This document shows positions 31,450 through 39,555 of a stretch of DNA of 64,000 nucleotides, piece by piece; the stretch's first letter is position 1; each line of letters opens with the position of its first letter. Source of the DNA: an uncultured candidate division Zixibacteria bacterium (GTDB taxonomy: Bacteria; Zixibacteria; MSB-5A5; UBA10806); the NCBI GenBank assembly GCA_963801605.1, contig CAWDFP010000006.1, positions 64,001-128,000 on the forward strand. Reading direction: 5' to 3'. The translations under genes were made by a program, and so were the position numbers. The notes below the pieces were generated by a model that was not told where the DNA came from, searched no databases, and was given only the letters and a program-made list of their open reading frames with translations.

Positions 31450-32271
31450 TTAAATTCGATTAAATGTTAAAAACACACCAACTCCCCAATCGGCGCCGGA
31501 TGTTTCGCCTATTTGGCATAATTGCTTGGTACAAGAATCGATTTTATCATTCGACTCAAAAATGAGAGCCATGAGTAGCGCCTTTTGATGTTCGGTATAG
31601 CAGCCATCCCTGGCACATTTAAGAAAGGCGTTACTCAGAAGATTCTTTCCGATGGCATTGGCATAAATATCATTAACCAGACCCGAATAATCCCGTCCGA
31701 AAACTTTCTCGGCGGCTTTGTAGGCGGCTATCATACCTGTGTTGAAATCGTCTCCGCTGGGAGTCAAGCCGATCCCCAGCCCGCGCATCATACGCACACC
31801 GATTATGGTTTGTCCCTGTTGCATATACCTTGAGGCGCTTTTGGACTGCGCAAACATCATTATTTCCCGGGCTCCCCGGAGATCAGTAAGGTATCCTGGT
31901 TCGATCAATACGGCCAGGCTCTTGGGAGGGGAATAAGCAATTAGAGCATCTTTAAAAGTTTGAAGATTAGAAAATAATACTAAAGGTTCAGGTTCTTCAA
32001 AAAAGACCAGTTCCGAATGAAAGCGCGTTCGACCATCACAGGGAAATTCGTTATCATCTATAAACAAGCGGCATTCATCAATTTCAAGAGCTTGCACCGC
32101 ATCGAAATTAATCCCTCGCGCTACCAGATTGATTGGGCCCGAGCCGACATCCTCCGTCACGACGGCGATCAACTCGCCATTACACTCAAAGTTTGCGGCT
32201 TTCGAGAACCTCGAATGAACCCGGTATCGCCCGGGAACTAATTTATCTCCGATGCTCAGGACTTCAATCAT
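31450..32271 (-). CDS. DUF2877 (YlbF/YahE-like) protein
   Basis: 'VHSRF','GLGIGLTPSGDDF','GETSGADW'. Confidence 0.88.
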   Translation of the reverse strand: MIEVLSIGDKLVPGRYRVHSRFSKAANFECNGELIAVVTEDVGSGPINLVARGINFDAVQALEIDECRLFIDDNEFPCDGRTRFHSELVFFEEPEPLVLFSNLQTFKDALIAYSPPKSLAVLIEPGYLTDLRGAREIMMFAQSKSASRYMQQGQTIIGVRMMRGLGIGLTPSGDDFNTGMIAAYKAAEKVFGRDYSGLVNDIYANAIGKNLLSNAFLKCARDGCYTEHQKALLMALIFESNDKIDSCTKQLCQIGETSGADWGVGVFLTFNRI

Positions 32272-32615
32272 GCCTTAAAGAATACCATCCCCATATATTC
32301 GTTGTACTCATCCCGACGGACAACCTGCACTTTGCCGCGGACTTTCATCCCCATTTGAGGATTTTCGATATCGAGCTGCCCGGTAATACGGTTGCCATCG
32401 GAAAGTTCGACGATCCCTAAACCGAGTGTTACAGTTTCAAAATCCGGAGGCAAAGTATAGAGAGTGGTATAAGTAAGAAGCTTCCCCTCTTTAGGAAGCG
32501 GCACGATGTCGAATTCGTTGTGGTCGTTCTTATGACAGTTGCAGCAGATAGTTCGATACGGATATTGCACATGGCCGCACTTTTTGCATTTGTAAGCGTA
32601 TATGTTCATTTCCAT
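32268..32615 (-). CDS. DUF35 Zn-ribbon/OB-fold thiolase partner
   Basis: 'CKKCG...YP...CCNC','GKLLTYT','GIVEL..G.RITGQL'. Confidence 0.9.
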   Translation of the reverse strand: MEMNIYAYKCKKCGHVQYPYRTICCNCHKNDHNEFDIVPLPKEGKLLTYTTLYTLPPDFETVTLGLGIVELSDGNRITGQLDIENPQMGMKVRGKVQVVRRDEYNEYMGMVFFKA

Positions 32616-32618
32616 AAA

Positions 32619-33794
32619 CTAATTCTCCCTGACAAATGTGAGACAAACCACATTGTTGCCGAAACCGCCGAAATTGCAGGTAAATCCTACTCTGGCATTT
32701 TTAACCTGACGCTTGTCGGCCTCACCGCGAAGCTGCTGTACAATTTCATGCGCCTGCCCCACTCCGGTCGCTCCGACCGGATGACCCTTGGCTTTGAGGC
32801 CGCCGGAAGTGTTAATCGGAAGCTTACCGCCAAGTTTAGTTACTCCTTTTTCCAGCGCGATATGGCCTTGACCTTTGGGGAAAAATCCTACCTCTTCGCT
32901 TTCGGCGATTTCGAGGATCGTAAAGGCATCATGCAACTCGGCAACATTGACATCCTGAGGCGTTAGTTTCGCCATGGCGAATGATTGCCGGGCGGCTTCC
33001 CGGACCGCTAATAGCTCAGTTGGATCTTTACGATCATGCACAGAATGCGTATCGGTGGCCTGGCCTACTCCTGCCAAACGAACCAAAGGTTTGCCAGTCT
33101 TTTTGGCAACATCGGCGCTTGTTAAGATCAGGCAGGCGGCGCCATCAGACACCGGGCAACAATCGAAAAATCTGAGCGGATCGGCAACATAAGGATTGTT
33201 GGTGGAAGCCTCTGGCGAGTCGAGTATGCCCTCGATAGTAATCGGTTCGTGCAAATGCGCAAACGGATTTAGCATGGCGTTGGTATGATTTTTAACGGCC
33301 ACCATCGCCAGATGCCTGGATGTAACTCCATATTTATTCATATACAGCCGAGCGAACATTCCTGCGAGCGATGGCAGCGTTACGCCATAAATATATTCCG
33401 CTAATGGATGAGTGAGCGTAGCCACAAATTCAGTAGCCTCAAGATTGTTTACCTCGCGCATCTTTTCGGCACCAACCACCATGACGACATCATGCATACC
33501 GGAGGCGACCGCCAGGAATCCCTGCTTGATCGCCGAGGCTCCGGATGCCGGTCCGTTTTCGATTCCATCGGCGCCGGCAGGTGTCAGGCTAAGATTATCG
33601 ATTACGGCGCTGGCCAGCCCGGTTTGATGGTTGAGTCTGGCTGCGCCCATGTTGGCCACATAGAGATGATCGATTTTATCCAAGCCCGAATCTCGAAGAG
33701 CCATTAGAGCCGGATAAGCGGCGATTTCAATTAAAGGATATTCCAGGCGAGTGAAGCTTGTTATGCCAATCCCAGCTACATAAACCTCTCGCAT
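32619..33794 (-). CDS. Thiolase-superfamily (SCP-x/archaeal-type) protein lacking the nucleophile Cys
   Basis: 'GAEKM','KNH.NA..NP.AH','DCCPVSDGA','ELHDAFT','INTSGGLKAKGHPVGATG'. The CASG site reads ENGPASG. Confidence 0.88.
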   Translation of the reverse strand: MREVYVAGIGITSFTRLEYPLIEIAAYPALMALRDSGLDKIDHLYVANMGAARLNHQTGLASAVIDNLSLTPAGADGIENGPASGASAIKQGFLAVASGMHDVVMVVGAEKMREVNNLEATEFVATLTHPLAEYIYGVTLPSLAGMFARLYMNKYGVTSRHLAMVAVKNHTNAMLNPFAHLHEPITIEGILDSPEASTNNPYVADPLRFFDCCPVSDGAACLILTSADVAKKTGKPLVRLAGVGQATDTHSVHDRKDPTELLAVREAARQSFAMAKLTPQDVNVAELHDAFTILEIAESEEVGFFPKGQGHIALEKGVTKLGGKLPINTSGGLKAKGHPVGATGVGQAHEIVQQLRGEADKRQVKNARVGFTCNFGGFGNNVVCLTFVREN

Positions 33795-33795
33795 T

Positions 33796-34542
33796 TTAAT
33801 TCCCTCCCAACCTGCGGCGCTGTTCAATCAGAGCGGTGGCAGTAGAATCGTATAGCGAACGGGTAGCAGCCAAAAGATCGATGGGGGGCGTGGGCGGATC
33901 GCTTGGAGGCATTATCGCCTCTTTAGCTTTGATCAGAAGATGTCCCGGTACGGGACGGCGTCCCACCACCAGGCTAGTGCGGGCTTTTTCGAAAATCTCC
34001 TTTGTAAGAGACCAGGACGGCACGCCGCCAAGTTCGTGGGGGATATCAAATCGTTTTTCCAGCTTATATTCAATCATCCAGCGACGGAACCCGATTGGTG
34101 ATTCGGCCACAATCAGCACTTCCTTTTGCCCCAGGATATCCAGATGATACTCCATCTTGGCGGCGAAGGCATGCGCCCCAATCCGGAGCCCTCGTCTGAG
34201 AGCCAGCGTATGATACGACATGCCAATATCGGCGCTCACTCTTCTGCCGTTAACGATGGCGGCCAGTTCACCGTCGATCTGGGCGGCAAGGACGTACTCA
34301 TCCTGAACCCGGTAGGTATAGTAACCCAGCAGTTCGGCGTAAACCCGAGCGGCAACAATATGGTAATAATCGCGCTCGACATGCATCAGCTTTTCGACAT
34401 GCGGCAGGATATCGGGAATCTCATCGCGGCTTACCTGCCTGATAATCATCTCCTCGCCGCCCGCAAGAGTCATAAGTTTGGGCGGAAACTCGGGCATCGG
34501 CGTATCCACAGGGCGAAGAATCTTCTCCAGGTCAACGGCCAT
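33796..34542 (-). CDS. Hypothetical protein, possible GNAT-like acyltransferase fold
   Basis: 248 aa with strong SD (AGGAGG). 'HTLALRRGLRIGAH' resembles GNAT motif A. The fold call is inference. Confidence 0.6.
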   Translation of the reverse strand: MAVDLEKILRPVDTPMPEFPPKLMTLAGGEEMIIRQVSRDEIPDILPHVEKLMHVERDYYHIVAARVYAELLGYYTYRVQDEYVLAAQIDGELAAIVNGRRVSADIGMSYHTLALRRGLRIGAHAFAAKMEYHLDILGQKEVLIVAESPIGFRRWMIEYKLEKRFDIPHELGGVPSWSLTKEIFEKARTSLVVGRRPVPGHLLIKAKEAIMPPSDPPTPPIDLLAATRSLYDSTATALIEQRRRLGGN

Positions 34543-34722
34543 TTTACCTCCTAAAACAATTATTAACTTTAACGATAATTTCTAAAGAACAGCGTTAATA
34601 AATACTCCCGACCGTTTCCGAATATTAAACAGTCACGATGTTACAATATATATTATTGGACCGATTATTTTCAATCGATATTGTAGCCCGTCTGATAAGA
34701 TGGCCGACAGGGTTAAAAAAGG

Positions 34723-35190
34723 CTAAAGCTCTTCCAGGACCGTAAGGACATAGTCAGTTTGCGGGGGCTTTTGTCCCTGCTCCCGGATAAGGCGATTGAT
34801 TTGCGCCCGATGGCCAATGGAGTGGTAGTTTATCTGAAGAATTATATCGCGGAGTTTGATCCTCATGCTTTTGCTATCGGATGGCCTCTTAAATACGATA
34901 TAATTTTCAAGGATGGCCTCATCGCTTTCATTCAAAAACCTGAGCCACTTGGTGACGCTTGAGTCCCATCGAGTTTCAAGCTCTTCCATGGGGATTGTTG
35001 GGCCCGTCCAGGAGTGAGCACCATCGTCAGCCTCTTTGGTAACCCGATTTAGCCATCTGTCTTGCGCTGCTATTAGATGGCCAAGAAGTCTCACTACCTC
35101 GTCTTTTTCAGGCAGCGTCACAATCGATTTAAGCAATTGGCGAAAGGCCCAATCGTTGTAGCGGAAAAAATCTAGAAAATATTGTTTCAT
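34723..35190 (-). CDS. DinB/YfiT family protein
   Basis: 'YNDWA','HLIAAQDRWL','HSIGHRAQI'. Confidence 0.85.
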   Translation of the reverse strand: MKQYFLDFFRYNDWAFRQLLKSIVTLPEKDEVVRLLGHLIAAQDRWLNRVTKEADDGAHSWTGPTIPMEELETRWDSSVTKWLRFLNESDEAILENYIVFKRPSDSKSMRIKLRDIILQINYHSIGHRAQINRLIREQGQKPPQTDYVLTVLEEL

Positions 35191-35245
35191 ATTATAAGTA
35201 TAGCATTATTAACGGTGAAATTGGTAGAAAATTTTTAGTTTTAAT

Positions 35246-35326
35246 TGTCGGGTTTCTCATTCGCAGGGCTCACTCGGAACCCGACCTAGGCTTTCAGGCT
35301 TTGGTGTCATAATAAATTATGACACC
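35246..35326. repeat. REP-like hairpin plus GTCATAA-N4-TTATGAC palindrome (copy 2)
   Basis: GTCGGGTT...AACCCGAC-CTAG (35247-35289) and GGTGTCATAA-taaa-TTATGACACC (35303-35326). Confidence 0.7.
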
Positions 35327-35342
35327 CGAGGTTAAGCGCTAT

Positions 35343-37337
35343 CTACTTCAATAAAAGCATTTTTATGGAGGAGGCGTTATCGCCTGAAAGCCTGGCGAAA
35401 TAGATGCCGGCAGAAACGGGAATGCCTTTTAAGTCGGTGCCGTCCCAAACGGGATTATTACCGTTGGCATGAAGCTTTTTAACAAGTCTGCCGGTAGTAT
35501 CATAAATAAGAATGATACTGTTTTGATGCAGTTGGCCATCGAGTTGAATTATGGTTGAGCTATTAAATGGGTTGGGGTAGTTGGCTTTTATCGATAGAAC
35601 CTGAGGTAAAACGGGAGAATCAACCGCTCCGGTAGTTTGATCACCTAAGACGACAATGATATGTCTGTGCGCAGACCAGCCATCGGCGGCAAGTTCGATA
35701 TTAAATATTACGGTATCGCCGGAATTCAGTTCATTCGAAAAATGAACGGTCCATCCCATAACGGCGGAGGTATCGTCATGAGCCAGAGGACCGAAGGCGA
35801 TATCGCCGGAGAGAATCTGAACATTGGGATTTGTAGATGTCAGGTGGGCTGAGGCGTTTGCCGCGGCTGCACCGAGATTATTAATCACGATATTAAAATC
35901 AAGTGTAGCACCGGGAAATATAATGGGATCGGAAGAGTTCTCGGAAACTATCGTTATAAACGGATTGTCGGGAGTCGGCATATAATCGATTGCTCTTAAA
36001 ATATTGATCAGACCCCAGCCGTAATTATTATCCTCGCCGGGCGTTCCCAGATCGAGAGCAGAATTCATCAGCGCTTGCTTGATCTCTGATGGAGTGGCCT
36101 CTGGATTGTATTGCCTCAGTATGGCAACAGCTCCAGCGACATGAGGGGCGGCCATCGAGGTACCCGACATAACAGCATAGCCGCCGGTTCGGCTGGTGGA
36201 ACGGATCCCGACTCCGGGTGCAGTAACCTCGGGCTTGATGCTGACATTATCGCAGGCCGATGGGCCGCGGCTGGAGAAATCAGCGACCTGAAAATCGGGA
36301 GTGCCGGCATTAATAGCGCCAACCGAAAAGGAATTAAAATTGGTCGTAACGCGATCTGCCGGGATACGGATTGTGCTGGGGTTGGAACCCTCATTTCCAG
36401 CGGCGAAAATGCAAACCACTCCGGCGGCTTCGAGATTATCTATGGCCTCCCAGAAAGTGGCCTCACAGGCGGGATAATATCCCAACGGAATTCCCCAGGA
36501 GTTGTTGACAACGTCGGGGACATCATCAGTAGTAGCGGGGTCACCATCGGGATCGGCCGCCCACTGGAATGCGGCCAGGATGTCGGAGATAGTCCTTTGA
36601 ATGCCGGCTCCCCTATCAACCACTGCGGCTGCGATCCACTGCGCGCCAGGAGCGACGCCGACCGTGTCATTTCCCTCGGAGCCGACCATGGTCCCCATAG
36701 TGTGAGTGCCATGGCCGTTGTTATCGAAAGGAGTCTGGGTGTTCGTATAAGAGTCGAACCAACAGGCATCAGGCGTACCGCCGTTGTTGCCTCGGTATTT
36801 AGATGCTAACGCTCCATGAGCGCCATATACGCCAGTATCGAAATTGCAAACCAGGCTACCGGAACCATCAAGACCGATTCTCCAGGCATCAGGAGCTTTG
36901 ATCGCAAAGAGACTGCTGTCGGGACCGTTGCTCAGGATGGTTGTTTCATGCTGCTCAACTGGAGCAATCAATTCGATGGGGTAATCTTCGGATATTGATT
37001 GGACATCGGGACGGGCAGCCAGTGCCTCGAGAGCGGCGGAATCGCCGGTGACCTTAACGATATTGGCAATCCAAAAACGCTCGTAGCTTACAATTTTTCC
37101 GGATTCGACTGCATTGAGAGCGCCGACGAAATCGCTTTGAGATACGGTTGAAGTCGTTCTCAGATTTTCAACTATGGACTTATGACCAAGCTTTTTATTT
37201 CCCGCAAAATTGGCAGCGATTGATGGAGGGGTGTCATTTATAATTTGGAAAAGAATGGTCCTTTCGGAAGCCAGACACAGACTGGGGAAGATCGATAAGA
37301 TTGATATAATTGAAAGCAGATTTCGGTATTTTCTCAA
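35343..37337 (-). CDS. Secreted S8 serine peptidase (bacillopeptidase F-like) with NYPNPFN C-terminal domain
   Basis: Signal peptide, triad motifs 'FDTG','HGTHTMG','GTSMAAPH', C-terminal 'NYPNPFN...GIYF...KMLLLK'. TTG start after AAGGAGG. Confidence 0.92.
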   Translation of the reverse strand: MRKYRNLLSIISILSIFPSLCLASERTILFQIINDTPPSIAANFAGNKKLGHKSIVENLRTTSTVSQSDFVGALNAVESGKIVSYERFWIANIVKVTGDSAALEALAARPDVQSISEDYPIELIAPVEQHETTILSNGPDSSLFAIKAPDAWRIGLDGSGSLVCNFDTGVYGAHGALASKYRGNNGGTPDACWFDSYTNTQTPFDNNGHGTHTMGTMVGSEGNDTVGVAPGAQWIAAAVVDRGAGIQRTISDILAAFQWAADPDGDPATTDDVPDVVNNSWGIPLGYYPACEATFWEAIDNLEAAGVVCIFAAGNEGSNPSTIRIPADRVTTNFNSFSVGAINAGTPDFQVADFSSRGPSACDNVSIKPEVTAPGVGIRSTSRTGGYAVMSGTSMAAPHVAGAVAILRQYNPEATPSEIKQALMNSALDLGTPGEDNNYGWGLINILRAIDYMPTPDNPFITIVSENSSDPIIFPGATLDFNIVINNLGAAAANASAHLTSTNPNVQILSGDIAFGPLAHDDTSAVMGWTVHFSNELNSGDTVIFNIELAADGWSAHRHIIVVLGDQTTGAVDSPVLPQVLSIKANYPNPFNSSTIIQLDGQLHQNSIILIYDTTGRLVKKLHANGNNPVWDGTDLKGIPVSAGIYFARLSGDNASSIKMLLLK

Positions 37338-37535
37338 AGTCCCTCCTTGTTGGCTAAGAATAGGTCAAATGCCATGCCACGAGATGCATATAGTTGGGAC
37401 TGACGATGCCTACATAACTTATTCAATATTAATATGTTAAGGCGCGGTTTCAGGCTTTATCAAAAACAACCAGATACCATATTAAGCGTTATGTGCAGGA
37501 TAATGCAGATATACTGTAAATGAGGGGCTTGAATT

Positions 37536-37571
37536 AAAAAAAGCCTCCAGGCCGTTGAAAGCCTGGAGGCT
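37536..37571 (-). terminator. Rho-independent terminator
   Basis: AGCCTCCAGGC/GCCTGGAGGCT stem followed by a T-run on the minus strand. Confidence 0.85.
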
Positions 37572-37595
37572 AAGGATTTTGAGTAATCCTAAATC

Positions 37596-39449
37596 TTACT
37601 TAAGCAGAAGCATCTTCTTGGTTTCGACCGAATTGCCGACGCTTAAGCGATAGAAATAGACACCTGAGGCCTTGTCGGAGGCGTTCCAGGTGATGACGTT
37701 GCTACCGGCAGGATAGTTACCGGAGATCTTTTCGACCAACTGCCCGGTGATTGAGTAGATGCTGATGTTAACATCGGATGGTTTTGTCAGCGAGAAGCGG
37801 ATATTAGTTTGGGCGTTGAACGGATTAGGATAATTCTGTGAAAGGCTGAAGGCTTTTGGTGTAGCGCCTTCGTCAACCGACTGAACACCCTGAATAGCAT
37901 TGAGCCTAAACATGATGTTGGAAACTGAGCGGTTACGATCGGGAGCCATACCGCCAGTATATTCCCAGCCTCTATTGGATAGCGGAACTGTGTTATCCAT
38001 ACCAAACGCAACTGTATTTTGGAGGGCATGGAGAGCCACAAAATAGAATCTCTCGTCGGCCTGGAAGTTGAGATGCGCATAGGTGAAATCGACGTTGACC
38101 CAACCCGTATCGGATACCTGGACGGTATCACCAGCCAGTGGGGTAGCCAGATTCGGGTGACCGGTACCATCATCGCCGAATATCCAGGCCCAAACAGCTC
38201 CGGGAGCGGTTACGCTATAAACAAAGAATCGTCCGGTAGTAATGCCGACCGCTTCTGGAAGCTGGAATTCCTGACCAAACCCGGAGGAATCGCCTGTCCA
38301 GCTACGGCCATCATCAACTAATCCATCATCATATTTCAATTCCTGAGGGAATCTGTAGGAAACGATCTGAGATGTAATGCTGTTGTTGCCGGGAACAGCG
38401 TCGCGAAGCATAGTGCTGGACCAGGTTGCTTTGAAAATGGTGCGATTTGAATCGCAGGTGAATGAACCCGGGAAATCAATCCACTGCTGGAGGCCGGGAT
38501 CCAAAAATTCGATGGTATCGGCCTGATTGTAAAGCGATGTCGAACCGCGTCTGATCTGAGCACGTCCAACGATATTGGTATCCGGTCGATTTCCAAAATT
38601 CTTGAAGAGAGCACGGGGAGTGATCGAGCTGGAAGTTGGAATAAAGATTGCCTGGGAACCTTCGTTAAATGCCTGAACAACGCCGGCATCCTTAACCGCA
38701 TAGTTGGGGTTCGGGATGGGATGGAAGCGGATAGCGAGGCCATCATGCCACATATGGTTAGCTGGCAGGTTGCGGCGCAGGTACTGCAGGCCTACTGTTC
38801 CAGTTACATTCTCAATTCCGATGACAGTCATGGTGCTGTCTGAGGAATCAAGGAAACGGCCATGATTTGCCCCGTACTGATATGTGATGGATGAGTCGGC
38901 CGCATTGAGGATTAACTGGAAGGTATGAGTTGAATCGATGAAGCCATATTCACCGACGTTAATCCAGGAGACGACAAACGAATCGGCATGAGAATAATAG
39001 TAGCAGGATGCGTTACCGCGGGAAAAATCAAGGTCGCCGGTAAGGCAGGACATGTAATTGTTCGGCGGAGCAGCAGCCGGGATATCAGCAAAAGGATGGG
39101 CAAAGTTGTAATTATTGTCAAATTCGATATAGCCGTTGGAGCCGACCCAGCAACGGTTAACTGTATACCAATAGTAAGGGAAGTTGAAACCGATCGGTAT
39201 CGGGCCGATGTTGTTATCGTCCGTTAATCCGAGGACACGAGTTCCAATGGTTGAGATATCAACCCAGTTGTAAGGAACGGGACCACCGTTATCGTTGTCA
39301 ACCCAGTTATAACCGTAAGCATCACGGGTGGTGCTGCTATCGAACGGAATCGGGGGCTCAAAGTTCGCAGGATTGAAACCGTTATTGGCAGCAAAGGCCA
39401 ACTGGGCACTCAACAACAACAAAACCAACATCAATAGTAATCTTTTCAT
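37596..39449 (-). CDS. Secreted beta-rich protein with T9SS-type-A-like C-terminal domain
   Basis: Signal peptide, 'DAYGYNW','PIGFNFPYY','SNGYI','QNYPNPFN...SGVYFYRL...KKMLLLK'. Confidence 0.85.
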   Translation of the reverse strand: MKRLLLMLVLLLLSAQLAFAANNGFNPANFEPPIPFDSSTTRDAYGYNWVDNDNGGPVPYNWVDISTIGTRVLGLTDDNNIGPIPIGFNFPYYWYTVNRCWVGSNGYIEFDNNYNFAHPFADIPAAAPPNNYMSCLTGDLDFSRGNASCYYYSHADSFVVSWINVGEYGFIDSTHTFQLILNAADSSITYQYGANHGRFLDSSDSTMTVIGIENVTGTVGLQYLRRNLPANHMWHDGLAIRFHPIPNPNYAVKDAGVVQAFNEGSQAIFIPTSSSITPRALFKNFGNRPDTNIVGRAQIRRGSTSLYNQADTIEFLDPGLQQWIDFPGSFTCDSNRTIFKATWSSTMLRDAVPGNNSITSQIVSYRFPQELKYDDGLVDDGRSWTGDSSGFGQEFQLPEAVGITTGRFFVYSVTAPGAVWAWIFGDDGTGHPNLATPLAGDTVQVSDTGWVNVDFTYAHLNFQADERFYFVALHALQNTVAFGMDNTVPLSNRGWEYTGGMAPDRNRSVSNIMFRLNAIQGVQSVDEGATPKAFSLSQNYPNPFNAQTNIRFSLTKPSDVNISIYSITGQLVEKISGNYPAGSNVITWNASDKASGVYFYRLSVGNSVETKKMLLLK

Positions 39450-39555
39450 TCATTCCTCCTTAAAGTTTATCGAAAATCTACGATCAGATTAATTCTACTA
39501 AAATTTCACCTCCTTGGCAATGAATCATTTCTTTTCTTTAATAGTGAATTTGAAT

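Noticed and set aside
34545..34720. Purine riboswitch upstream of the catabolic operon
   Set aside because: The conserved aptamer core could not be matched by eye. An Rfam covariance search would be decisive.
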